The notes beneath the pieces were generated by a model. The model searched no databases, had not been told where the DNA came from, and saw only the letters and a list, made by a program, of their open reading frames with translations. Positions 29,817 through 36,854 of a DNA stretch of 64,000 bases are shown in pieces. Each line of letters starts with the position of its first letter. The first letter of the stretch is position 1. The position numbers and the translations under genes were made by a program. The stretch is taken from assembly GCA_964651705.1 (NCBI GenBank), contig CAZYWZ010000014.1, forward strand, positions 9,743 to 73,742. Direction: 5' to 3'. Origin of the DNA: an uncultured Verrucomicrobiales bacterium (lineage in GTDB: Bacteria > Verrucomicrobiota > Verrucomicrobiia > JADLBR01).

Positions 29817-29822
29817 AGCCGC
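29804..29822 (-). terminator. hairpin GGCGGCTGtgtcAGCCGCC downstream of the SDR gene (no U-tract)
   Basis: 7-bp perfect stem between the SDR stop and the MFS start. GC-rich organisms often lack a poly-U tail. Confidence 0.25.
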
Positions 29823-29851
29823 CCTACAAACATAGCATGCGCTTTCATCGC

Positions 29852-30628
29852 CTAGACCTCGGCATCCGGCGGGACGAGTTGCACCGAGCAGCCGCCATCG
29901 ACGACGAGCCGCGCCCCGGTGATCCGGGCGGCGTCGTCCGACGCCATGAAGAGGACGGCCCCGGCGATGTCATCGGCCGATGACTCGCGGCCCAGCGGGA
30001 CGTTGGCGCGGCGGCGGGCGACCTGCGCGTCGTCGAGCGCATCCCAGCGATCCGTGTGGATGTAGCCGGGCGCGACGGTGTTGACGCGGATGCCGTGGGG
30101 ACCGAGCTCGATGGCCATGGCGCGCGTCAGGGCATCGACGCCACCCTTGGAGGCGCAGTAGGCGCTCCGGTTTCGGATGGGGCGCTCGGAGACGTTCGAG
30201 CCGACGTTGACGATCGCGCCGCCGGTCCCCTGAGCGATCATCATGCGGGCGGCCAGTTGGGCGCAGTGGAACAGGCCGATCAGGTTGACGCGGAGGGTCT
30301 TTTCCAGCAGATCCAGCGGGGTGTCGACGAAGGAGGGGCCGATGGCTTGCGCGACGGCGTTGTTGACGAGAATGTCCAGGCCGCCGCATTCGCTTCGGAC
30401 GAGGTCAAACATCGCCTGGATCTGCGCGGGGTCGGAGAGGTCCGCGGGCGCCTCGATGAGGCGCGCGCCGGCAGCGGATCGGATCGCGGCGGCGGCGGCG
30501 GCCGCGCCCTTGGCGGTGGAGCCGTTGATCGCGACGGTGGCGCCCGCCTCGGCGAAGCGGCGGGCGATGCCCAGGCCCGTGTTGCGGGAGGCGCCGGTGA
30601 CTAGGATGCGTTTGCCCCCGAAGTTCAT
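29852..30628 (-). CDS. short-chain dehydrogenase/reductase (KduD/UxuB-like 2-keto-3-deoxy-sugar-acid reductase candidate)
   Basis: TGASRNTGLG Rossmann motif, NNAV, S..YCASK (Y-x3-K) catalytic motif. Confidence 0.8.
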   Translation of the reverse strand: MNFGGKRILVTGASRNTGLGIARRFAEAGATVAINGSTAKGAAAAAAAIRSAAGARLIEAPADLSDPAQIQAMFDLVRSECGGLDILVNNAVAQAIGPSFVDTPLDLLEKTLRVNLIGLFHCAQLAARMMIAQGTGGAIVNVGSNVSERPIRNRSAYCASKGGVDALTRAMAIELGPHGIRVNTVAPGYIHTDRWDALDDAQVARRRANVPLGRESSADDIAGAVLFMASDDAARITGARLVVDGGCSVQLVPPDAEV

Positions 30629-30695
30629 GCTGAATCGAAACTTCTGGGTGTAGCCACGGTCGTGAGACCGTGGACGTGCTGGCCGAGCGCCCGGA

Positions 30696-30720
30696 CCCAT
30701 CTGTTACCAGATGGGCTACA
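30696..30720. repeat. hairpin motif CCCATCTGttacCAGATGGGCTACA, family R5, copy 1
   Basis: 8-bp perfect stem and 4-nt loop. Also at 36800-36824 and 38528-38551 in the same orientation, each upstream of a minus-strand gene start. Confidence 0.7.
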
Positions 30721-30737
30721 TTCTTGATCGCCTAGAA

Positions 30738-31919
30738 TCATGCTTTCGTTCCTCCGGTTCCAAAATACGACGTCGCATCGGGTGGGCGGATCTGCGTGAG
30801 CGCGCCGGTGTAGTGGCGGAGGTCGCGCGGCACGTAGGGATGTTTCGCGATCTCGCCCTCCCGGATGTCGATGCCGAGGCCCGGGGCATCCGGGATGAGC
30901 ATGTGGCCGTTCTCGAGGCGCGCGGCCTCGGTGCTGACCTCGCGGCGGTGCGCCACGTCGGAGGACATCGTTTCCAGAAGGAAGAAATTGGGCGTGCAGG
31001 CGGCGAGTTGCAGGGTCGCGGCGTTGGCGACGGGTCCGGAGGGGTTGTGGGGGCAGACGGGGATGTGGTGGGCCTCGGCCATCGCGGCGATCTTCCGGAC
31101 CTCGCCGATGCCGCCGGCGTGGCTCACGTCCGGTTGGATGTAATCGGCGCACCCGAGCCGGAGGTAATTGCGGTAGTCCCAGCGGCTGTAGAGGCGCTCG
31201 CCCCCGGCGATCGGCACCTTCACCCGGCGTTTGATCTCGGCCAGCGCCTCCGGGTTATCGGGGGGGATCGGTTCCTCGAACCAGGTGATATCGAAGTCCT
31301 CCAGCGCGTGGGCGATGCGGACTGCGGTCGGCACGTTGAAGCGGCCGTGGCCCTCGATGAGGATGTCCACCTCGGGACCCGCGGCCGAGGCCACGGCGGC
31401 GATGCATTCCAGCGCCCCGCGCAACTCGCGCTTTCCGATGTCCCTGTACGCGCTGCCGAAGGGATCCCACTTCAGCCCGCGGAAGCCTTGCGCCACGGCG
31501 GCCCTGGCTTTCTCCGCGAACTCGTCCGGCGTCACGGCCGGCGCAAACCATCCGTTGGCATAGCAGGGCACGCGGTCGCGCACCCGGCCCCCGAGCAACT
31601 GCCACACCGGAACCCCGAGCGCCTTGCCCTTGATGTCCCAGAGGGCCATCTCGACCCCGGCCAGCGCGCTCATCAGGACGGGGCCGCCCCGCCAGTACGC
31701 ATCGCGATACGCGTCGTGCCAGAAGGCCTCGATGTCGTGCGGATCGCGGCCCACGAGATAGCGTCCCAATTCGCGGCAGGCTTGCGCCACGGTCTGCTCG
31801 CGCATCTCCAGCGTGGCTTCGCCAACGCCGTGAAGGCCGCCGTCGGTGTCGACCCTGACGAAGACCCAGTTCGTCCGGTACGCGTGGCAGAGGAAGGTCT
31901 GGATGCCGGTGACTTTCAT
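30738..31919 (-). CDS. enolase-superfamily D-galactonate / D-mannonate dehydratase family (DgoD/ManD)
   Basis: AYWRGGPVLMSALAGVEMALWDIKGKALGVPVWQLLGG matches the DgoD/ManD capping-domain block. LSHAGGI barrel motif. 393 aa. Confidence 0.8.
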   Translation of the reverse strand: MKVTGIQTFLCHAYRTNWVFVRVDTDGGLHGVGEATLEMREQTVAQACRELGRYLVGRDPHDIEAFWHDAYRDAYWRGGPVLMSALAGVEMALWDIKGKALGVPVWQLLGGRVRDRVPCYANGWFAPAVTPDEFAEKARAAVAQGFRGLKWDPFGSAYRDIGKRELRGALECIAAVASAAGPEVDILIEGHGRFNVPTAVRIAHALEDFDITWFEEPIPPDNPEALAEIKRRVKVPIAGGERLYSRWDYRNYLRLGCADYIQPDVSHAGGIGEVRKIAAMAEAHHIPVCPHNPSGPVANAATLQLAACTPNFFLLETMSSDVAHRREVSTEAARLENGHMLIPDAPGLGIDIREGEIAKHPYVPRDLRHYTGALTQIRPPDATSYFGTGGTKA

Positions 31920-31931
31920 GGGAGATTATTG

Positions 31932-32002
31932 AACCACGGATGGACACGGATGGGCGCGGATGGCGCGGCGGAATTGGTGTCCATCGGAGTCCATTCGTGG
32001 TT
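31932..32002. promoter_or_regulatory. candidate operator: three CGGATGG direct repeats at 10-bp spacing plus inverted copies (dyad AACCACGGATGGAC / GTCCATTCGTGGTT)
   Basis: Lies 15-85 nt upstream of the dgoD/manD start, the first gene of the 27-kb operon. The 10-bp periodicity puts repeats on one helix face. Confidence 0.35.
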
Positions 32003-32092
32003 GAGGGTGGGCCCGTGCCACCCGGAGGCCAACTGGCAAATTGCGTCAGTGATTTGCGAAACTGCGACATCCCGCGCCGCGGGGCCGGCGCC

Positions 32093-32150
32093 CGTAACGC
32101 GGACACTCCTGTCCGCGATCCATGGGCGGACAGGAGTGTCCGCCCTACGG
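32093..32150 (+). repeat. REP doublet, family R2 (GCGGACActccTGTCCGC / GCGGACAggagTGTCCGC), left
   Basis: Two 7-bp-stem hairpins in inverted orientation. Repeated at 32945-33039 (three hairpin units). The two sites flank RAYT 2. Confidence 0.8.
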
Positions 32151-32255
32151 CATTTGGGCTTGCCGGGTCGGGAGGGATTCGCGATAGGGTTCTCTCCGGG
32201 TATGGAGAAGGGTCGGGGAAATTCGTATCCTTTTGAATTCAAGGCTCGGGATGGG

Positions 32256-32918
32256 ATGGGGTGCGGCCCGCGCCCCCGGATCCCATTCATCGGCCTGAAC
32301 CAAGATGGGCAAATCCGCATCACATGTCGGCGATTGCCGCATTGGACTCAGGCGGGCGTGTCGTACTTTGTGACGTATCGTCTAGCCGATTCCGTACCAT
32401 TGAAACTATTGCGCCGATGGCGTGAAGAGAGGGATATTTGGTTGCGCTGGCACCCTGAGCCTTGGACCAGAAAGGTGCAGGAGGATTATGAAGAGCGATT
32501 CACCGAACGCATGGAGCGATGGGTGGATGCGGGAGTGGGCGCGTGTCAACTGCGCCGTCCCGAGATTCGAGCGATAGCCGAAAGGCACCTATTGCACGGC
32601 GATGGATCGAGGCACGATGTGGATTCGTATGTGATCATGCCAAACCACGTGCATGCGATCCTGACCCCGAGGGCGGGCAACGACCTGTTCGGGCTCCTCC
32701 AGGGCATCAAGGGCGTGAGCGCGCGCAACATCAACCGGCTCCTTGGCCGTATCGGCGCGAGGCTCTGGATGGAGGACGCGTATAACAGGATCGTGCGTGA
32801 CGCGAGAGAACTATGGGCGTTCCGCCAATACATCGCACTGAACCCGGTTAAGGCCCGGCTGCGTCCGAATGAATATACCCTGGTGTTCGCGGACGTGCTG
32901 GAGGCCAGCGGACCGTAG
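32256..32918 (+). CDS. REP-associated tyrosine transposase (RAYT) of a second, different group
   Basis: N-terminal RITCRRLPHWTQAGVSYFVTYRL, HuH motif IMPNHVHAIL, catalytic Tyr region AFRQYIALNPVKA. 220 aa. Only the C-terminal part of ORF-track 30711-32918 is taken; the rest is antisense to dgoD. Confidence 0.8.
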   Translation: MGCGPRPRIPFIGLNQDGQIRITCRRLPHWTQAGVSYFVTYRLADSVPLKLLRRWREERDIWLRWHPEPWTRKVQEDYEERFTERMERWVDAGVGACQLRRPEIRAIAERHLLHGDGSRHDVDSYVIMPNHVHAILTPRAGNDLFGLLQGIKGVSARNINRLLGRIGARLWMEDAYNRIVRDARELWAFRQYIALNPVKARLRPNEYTLVFADVLEASGP

Positions 32919-32944
32919 CGGTGACTCTTTTGTGGGACGGGGGC

Positions 32945-33039
32945 GTAACGCGGACACTCCTGTCCGCGATCCATGGGCGGACAGGAGTGTCCGCCCTACG
33001 GCGTTCGGGTTGGGGCGGACAGGAGTGTCCGCCCTACGA
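32945..33039 (+). repeat. REP triplet, family R2, right
   Basis: Starts ~27 nt after the RAYT 2 stop. Near-identical to 32093-32150 plus one extra hairpin unit. Confidence 0.8.
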
Positions 33040-33071
33040 TATGGCTATTGCGGGCGCGTTTGGCGGTTGGC

Positions 33072-34262
33072 ATGATGTGTGCGATGGCTTCGAAAATGCG
33101 TCGGGGTCGAGGGTCCTCGGGTGGCGCGGCGGTGGGCCGGAGGCCCTCGGTGGCGGTGTGCATCGACACGCGGGACGGGCCGGGGCGCGAGCGGTTGCTG
33201 GGGGTGTACCGTTTTGCGGTGGAGCGGGGCTGGCGGCTGTACCTGTTGCGTGGGGAGGACCGGGCGGTGTTGGCGCGGTTGCGGCGGCTGCGGCTGGACG
33301 GGGCGATCGTGTACGACAAGCCTGCTTCGATCCACCGGGTGCTGGTGGCGCGGGGCGTGCCGTGCGTGGAGACGGGGGCGAGGAATCTGGGGATCGATGA
33401 CGCGGCGGTCTTCGTGGATGACGACGCGTTGGCCAAGCTGGCGGTGGGGCACCTTTCGGGGCTGGGGCTGGCTGGGCTGGCGTATTGCGGGCTGGGGCGC
33501 CGTTGGCCGTCGGCGCGGCGCGCGGAGCATTTCTGCAAACACGCCGGGGGCGCCGGCTATCTGGCGAGCGTTTTTGAGGAGTCGGTGCCGGAGGGCGAGG
33601 CGGATCTGGATCGGCTGACGCAGTGGCTGCGCAAGTTGCCGAAGCCCGTGGGGGTGCTCGCCTACGACGACAAGATGGCGGAGCGGGTGCTGGCGGCCTG
33701 CGCTTGGGGCGGCATTGCGGTGCCGGGGGAGGTGGCGGTGGTGGGCATCGGCAATGACGAGCTGATGTGCCAGTTGGCGCACCCGTCGCTATCGAGCGTG
33801 GCATTGCCGACGGCGGAGATCGGGCGCCGGGCCGCCGAGCTGCTGGATCGTCGGCTGCGGGGAAGGGGCCGTTGGCGGATGAGGGAGGCGCTGGCGCCGC
33901 GCGAGGTGATCGCGCGGGCATCGACGGACCGTTTCCCCACGGTGGACCCGGTGGTCTGCGCGGCCATCGAGGTTATCGTGGGGCGGGACTCTGGTCCCCT
34001 GGGAACCGATCAGGTGGCCGGGGCGATCGGCGTGTCGCGGCGGACGCTGGAGCGCCGCTTCCGCGAGGTCATGCGGCAGACGGTGCATGACTTTCTGGTG
34101 GGGCGGCGCATGCGCCGCGCGGCCGAACTGCTGCGGCTGCACCCGAGCCCGCTTTCGGATATCGCGTCCCGGTGTGGCTATGGGGCGCTGTCGGCATTCA
34201 TCCGCGCGTTCCGGGCGGCCATGGGCTGCCATCCGCGGGCCTATCGGGAGCGGTACCGGTGA
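33072..34262 (+). CDS. XylR-type AraC-family transcriptional regulator (periplasmic-binding-protein-like sensor domain plus AraC HTH)
   Basis: C-terminal RRTLERRFREVMRQTVHDFL...IASRCGYGALSAFIRAFRAAMGCHPRAYR is an AraC/XylS HTH. N-terminal domain VGVLAYDDKMAERVLAACAWGGIAVPGEVAVVGIGNDEL is LacI/PBP-like. Start after the REP. Confidence 0.75.
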   Translation: MMCAMASKMRRGRGSSGGAAVGRRPSVAVCIDTRDGPGRERLLGVYRFAVERGWRLYLLRGEDRAVLARLRRLRLDGAIVYDKPASIHRVLVARGVPCVETGARNLGIDDAAVFVDDDALAKLAVGHLSGLGLAGLAYCGLGRRWPSARRAEHFCKHAGGAGYLASVFEESVPEGEADLDRLTQWLRKLPKPVGVLAYDDKMAERVLAACAWGGIAVPGEVAVVGIGNDELMCQLAHPSLSSVALPTAEIGRRAAELLDRRLRGRGRWRMREALAPREVIARASTDRFPTVDPVVCAAIEVIVGRDSGPLGTDQVAGAIGVSRRTLERRFREVMRQTVHDFLVGRRMRRAAELLRLHPSPLSDIASRCGYGALSAFIRAFRAAMGCHPRAYRERYR

Positions 34263-34538
34263 GGTCGGTTCCCGTGGGCGGAGGAACTTCCGTGGCCACG
34301 TTTCCCTCTACGTGGACGACGTGGAGATTTCCGATCAGGCGCTTTGATCCTCCTCACTGTTTCGTGGGAGAATCGTGAGAGGGACGCCGGCCTCGGCGTC
34401 CGCGCGCCACCAGCATGCGGGGACCTCGACCCACCCGGCCCGCGAGGCCGCGGGCCCTCCCAAACATTGCTTAACTTAGCGCCATCCGTGTCCGGCCCCG
34501 ACATCGATGTCGGGGTTGGCCGACGGCCCTGGTCGCGC

Positions 34539-34567
34539 GGGCCAAACGCTAGCGCGTTCGGCTACGG
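34539..34567. repeat. motif GGGCCAAACGCtagcGCGTTCGGCTACGG, family R4
   Basis: Hairpin AACGCnnnnGCGTT. Second copy at 53092-53122 (GGGCCAAACGCcttggggCGTTCGGCTGCGG). Both are at gene 3-prime ends. Confidence 0.5.
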
Positions 34568-34855
34568 ATTTTGCCGCTGGCTGCGGTGGGCCAGGCGGAG
34601 ATGCTGGGCGGGGGGCGCCGGGCGGCGGGCGACGGTGCGTCGGCGTTGGCGCATGGCGGCCTGAGCCATCTGGGCATCTCCGGCCGTGACCTCGCGGGTG
34701 CCGAGGGAGGAGGCGCATCCGGTGCAGAGGTAGTCGTAGATCTCCTTGTCGGGGAGCACCAGCAACAATCGCTCGCGGACCTCGCGGGGCCCGCCGCATT
34801 TGGGGCAGTACAGTTGCGCGGCGCGGAGGTGCTCGAATTGCTGCATGGCGATCAT
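34562..34855 (-). CDS. small zinc-ribbon protein (CPKC-x22-CTGC), function unknown
   Basis: 97 aa. Its start ATG overlaps the adk stop (ATGA at 34852-34855). MIAMQQFEHLRAAQLYCPKCGG...YLCTGCASS. Confidence 0.5.
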   Translation of the reverse strand: MIAMQQFEHLRAAQLYCPKCGGPREVRERLLLVLPDKEIYDYLCTGCASSLGTREVTAGDAQMAQAAMRQRRRTVARRPAPPAQHLRLAHRSQRQNP

Positions 34856-35445
34856 CCTCCCCGCTCGACTCGCTCGAAGCAATCCAGGATCGAGCGGAGG
34901 ACCTGGAATGGTTTTCGGGATGCGTCGATGGGCACGACGCGGTCCCGGTAGTGATCGAGCACGGGCTTGGTCTCCTCGTCGAAGATGCGGAAGCGGCGCT
35001 GTATGATCTCGTCGTTGATATCGTCGAGGCGGTTCTCGTGGAGGGAGCGCTGGCGGATGCGGTCGGCGAGTTTTCTCCGGTCGGGGCAATCGAGGTGGCA
35101 GACCATCAGGATGTCGGCCTCGGATTCCATGAGTTTGGCCTGGTGGACGTTGCGCGGGATGCCGTCGAGGACGAGGAGGTGCTCGGCGGGGCGGAGTTCG
35201 CCCATGATGGCGAGGTTGCGGAGGTGCTGGTGCCAGAGGCGGATGGTGATGTCGTCGGGGACGAGCTGGCCCTTGGAGGAATGGGCGATGAACTCGCGGC
35301 CCAACTCGGATCGGGGATCGAGGGAGCGGAACACCTCGCCGCAGGCGACGTGGAAGAAGCCGGGGACGTGGCCCAGGATCTTGCCGACGGTGCCCTTGCC
35401 GGCGCCGGGGGAGCCGATCAGAAGTATCGATTTATATCGCGTCAC
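34852..35445 (-). CDS. adk: adenylate kinase (short-LID type)
   Basis: P-loop LLIGSPGAGKGT, NMP-binding LDGIPR, R-x-DD motif HENRLDDINDEIIQRRFR. 197 aa. Confidence 0.75.
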   Translation of the reverse strand: MTRYKSILLIGSPGAGKGTVGKILGHVPGFFHVACGEVFRSLDPRSELGREFIAHSSKGQLVPDDITIRLWHQHLRNLAIMGELRPAEHLLVLDGIPRNVHQAKLMESEADILMVCHLDCPDRRKLADRIRQRSLHENRLDDINDEIIQRRFRIFDEETKPVLDHYRDRVVPIDASRKPFQVLRSILDCFERVERGG

Positions 35446-35450
35446 CAGCG

Positions 35451-36779
35451 CTAATGTTTGGCGCGTCTATACGCTTGCGCAAGCAGGGAGATGGGGTGGA
35501 CGACGGGGCGGTCGGGGCGGGGGGAGGCGGCGATGCCGGTTTCCAGCTGGATGGTGCAGCCGGGGTTGGAGGTGACGACCGTCTCGGCGCCGGTGTTATC
35601 GATGTGGCCCAGTTTGCGATTCAGGAGTTTACCGGACATCACGGGCTGGGTGATATTGTACACTCCTGCGCTGCCGCAGCACCAGGTGCTCTCGTGGAGT
35701 TCGACGAGGTCCAGCCCGGGTATGGCGCGGAGGATCTCGCGGGGCTGCTGGGTGATCTTCTGGCCATGGCAGAGGTGGCAGGCCTCGTGGTAGGTGACCT
35801 TGCCGGGGCCACCGTTGCCGCAGCAGGTGGGCGGCGCGGCGGGCTTCTTGAAGCCGATCTCCACGAGGAACTCGTGGATATCACGGGCCTTCCGGTCCCA
35901 CGCCTCGGCGCGGGAGCGGTATCTGGGGTCGTCGTGCAAGAGGTGGCCGTAGTGTTTGAGGTGCGAGCCGCAGCCGGCGGCATTGATGATGATCGCGTCG
36001 AGTGTCTCCGGCCCGAAGGCGTCGATGTTGCGGCGGGCCAATTTCTTCGCCATTTCCCACTCGCCGTTGTGGCCGTGGAGCGAGCCGCAGCAGGCCTGGC
36101 CGCGGGGCGTGAAGACCTCGCATCCGTTTTCCAGCAGCACATCGACGGTATCGCGGTTGACGTGGGAGAAGACGAAATCGGCGACGCAGCCGGTGATCAT
36201 GCCGACGCGGCGCCTGACCTCGCCCTCGGGGCGCTCGGTCTCGCGGATGAGGTCGAAGGAGAACTTGGCCTGGACCTTGGGCGTGAGCGGCTCCAGTTCC
36301 CGGAACCGTTTCGGGGCGAGGGCCATGAGGCCGAATTTCCGGACGACCCATTGGAGGCCGGTGATTTGGTAGAGCCACATGAGGCGGCCGATCAGGCGCA
36401 GCAGCGGCGGGTGGCAGAAGGCCATCTCGATGAGCGACCACCGGATCAGGCGTCGGAAGGGGTTGTCGGAGACGCGGGTGCGCTCGACCTCGGCGCGGCC
36501 CATTTCGAACAGTTCGGCGTAATTCACGCCCGCCGGGCAGGCGGTCATGCAGGCGAGGCAACCGAGGCAGAAGGACATCTCCCTGGCGAACCCGCGCGAG
36601 ACGTCGAGCCGGCCGTCGGCGACCGCGCGCATCAGGGCGATGCGGCCGCGGGGGCTGGAGCGCTCCATGAGGGTCGCGTCGTAGGTGGGGCACGTCGGCA
36701 GGCACATGCCGCAGTGCATGCACTGCTGGAGGACCGAATAGTCGAGGTCCTTGAGGTAGCTGGAGGGGGAGGGGCTCAT
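35451..36779 (-). CDS. glcF: glycolate oxidase iron-sulfur subunit GlcF-like (2x4Fe-4S ferredoxin plus two CCG domains)
   Basis: CMHCGMCLPTCPTY and CLGCLACMTACPAG ferredoxin motifs. CCG motifs GCVADFVF...ACCG and HEACHLCHG...WCCGSAG. Confidence 0.8.
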   Translation of the reverse strand: MSPSPSSYLKDLDYSVLQQCMHCGMCLPTCPTYDATLMERSSPRGRIALMRAVADGRLDVSRGFAREMSFCLGCLACMTACPAGVNYAELFEMGRAEVERTRVSDNPFRRLIRWSLIEMAFCHPPLLRLIGRLMWLYQITGLQWVVRKFGLMALAPKRFRELEPLTPKVQAKFSFDLIRETERPEGEVRRRVGMITGCVADFVFSHVNRDTVDVLLENGCEVFTPRGQACCGSLHGHNGEWEMAKKLARRNIDAFGPETLDAIIINAAGCGSHLKHYGHLLHDDPRYRSRAEAWDRKARDIHEFLVEIGFKKPAAPPTCCGNGGPGKVTYHEACHLCHGQKITQQPREILRAIPGLDLVELHESTWCCGSAGVYNITQPVMSGKLLNRKLGHIDNTGAETVVTSNPGCTIQLETGIAASPRPDRPVVHPISLLAQAYRRAKH

Positions 36780-36799
36780 CGGATTCTCTCGCGGCGGGG

Positions 36800-36824
36800 C
36801 CCATCTGTTACCAGATGGGCTACA
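36800..36824. repeat. hairpin motif CCCATCTGttacCAGATGGGCTACA, family R5, copy 2 (glcD-glcF intercistronic)
   Basis: Identical to copy 1. 21 nt upstream of the glcF start. Confidence 0.7.
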
Positions 36825-36854
36825 TCGGGATCTTTCGCATCGGCGCGCATGGTG

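Noticed and set aside
30711-32918. 735-aa plus-strand ORF
   Set aside because: The first ~515 codons are antisense to the well-supported dgoD/manD-family gene (30738-31919) and have no domain signal. Only the last 220 codons (from 32256) form a RAYT transposase with its own ATG.
36780-36854. Missing glcE between glcD and glcF
   Set aside because: The gap is only 75 nt and holds the R5 hairpin. No hidden ORF is possible, so GlcE is genuinely absent at this locus.
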